Source: Felis catus
Lineage: Eukaryota
Reading direction: 5' to 3'
Length of the DNA: 64,000 bases
NCBI RefSeq assembly: GCF_018350175.1
Contig: NC_058368.1
Location: forward strand, 142,416,001 to 142,480,000
The notes under the pieces are model-generated. The model was not told the origin of the DNA. It was given only the letters and a program-made list of their open reading frames with translations, and ran no database searches. Shown one piece after another: positions 63,821 through 64,000 of the stretch; position 1 is the stretch's first letter; every line of letters starts with the position of its first letter. A program made the translations under genes and the position numbers.

Positions 63821-64000
63821 AGAGCCTATATTCTGACAAGGGAACCACTCATTTGGCTTCAAAAATATAGACTGCTAACAAGGTCAAGGTGATAGATACA
63901 CAAGAAATACAACACCCATACTCCTTCCTCAGGCTGCCCTCCCTTCTCTACCGATGTGGTGTCACTCTGGAGAGACCAGCCAAAGGCAGCTCCCCTAGCT

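Overview
Mammalian genomic DNA, almost certainly felid (cat-like), judged from about 36 carnivore tRNA-derived SINEs of the feline SINEC type. I find no credible protein-coding exon, RNA gene, CpG island or CRISPR array. The ORF track is explained by chance ORFs and SINE-derived frames. The window reads as intronic sequence of a large minus-strand gene that I cannot name. Two well-formed minus-strand exons (52299-52402, 104 nt; 14688-14745, 58 nt) lie about 37.5 kb apart and look like non-coding 5' leader exons. The rest is SINEC, MIR, L1, L2, CR1, LTR and DNA-transposon debris. The most interesting structures are: (i) a diverged non-SINE inverted repeat of about 180 bp that encloses a young inverted SINE pair (48.7-50.1 kb); (ii) a strong-Kozak 7-codon uORF with a CpG cluster in the 104-nt exon; (iii) a U1-like ACTTACC word in the 58-nt exon that is complementary to its own splice donor; (iv) a 5 x 34-bp minisatellite grown out of a MER5-like element; (v) a CpG-decayed palindrome at 15.5 kb. 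Repeat family names come from my recall of consensus sequences, not from a search, and boundaries of old repeats are approximate.
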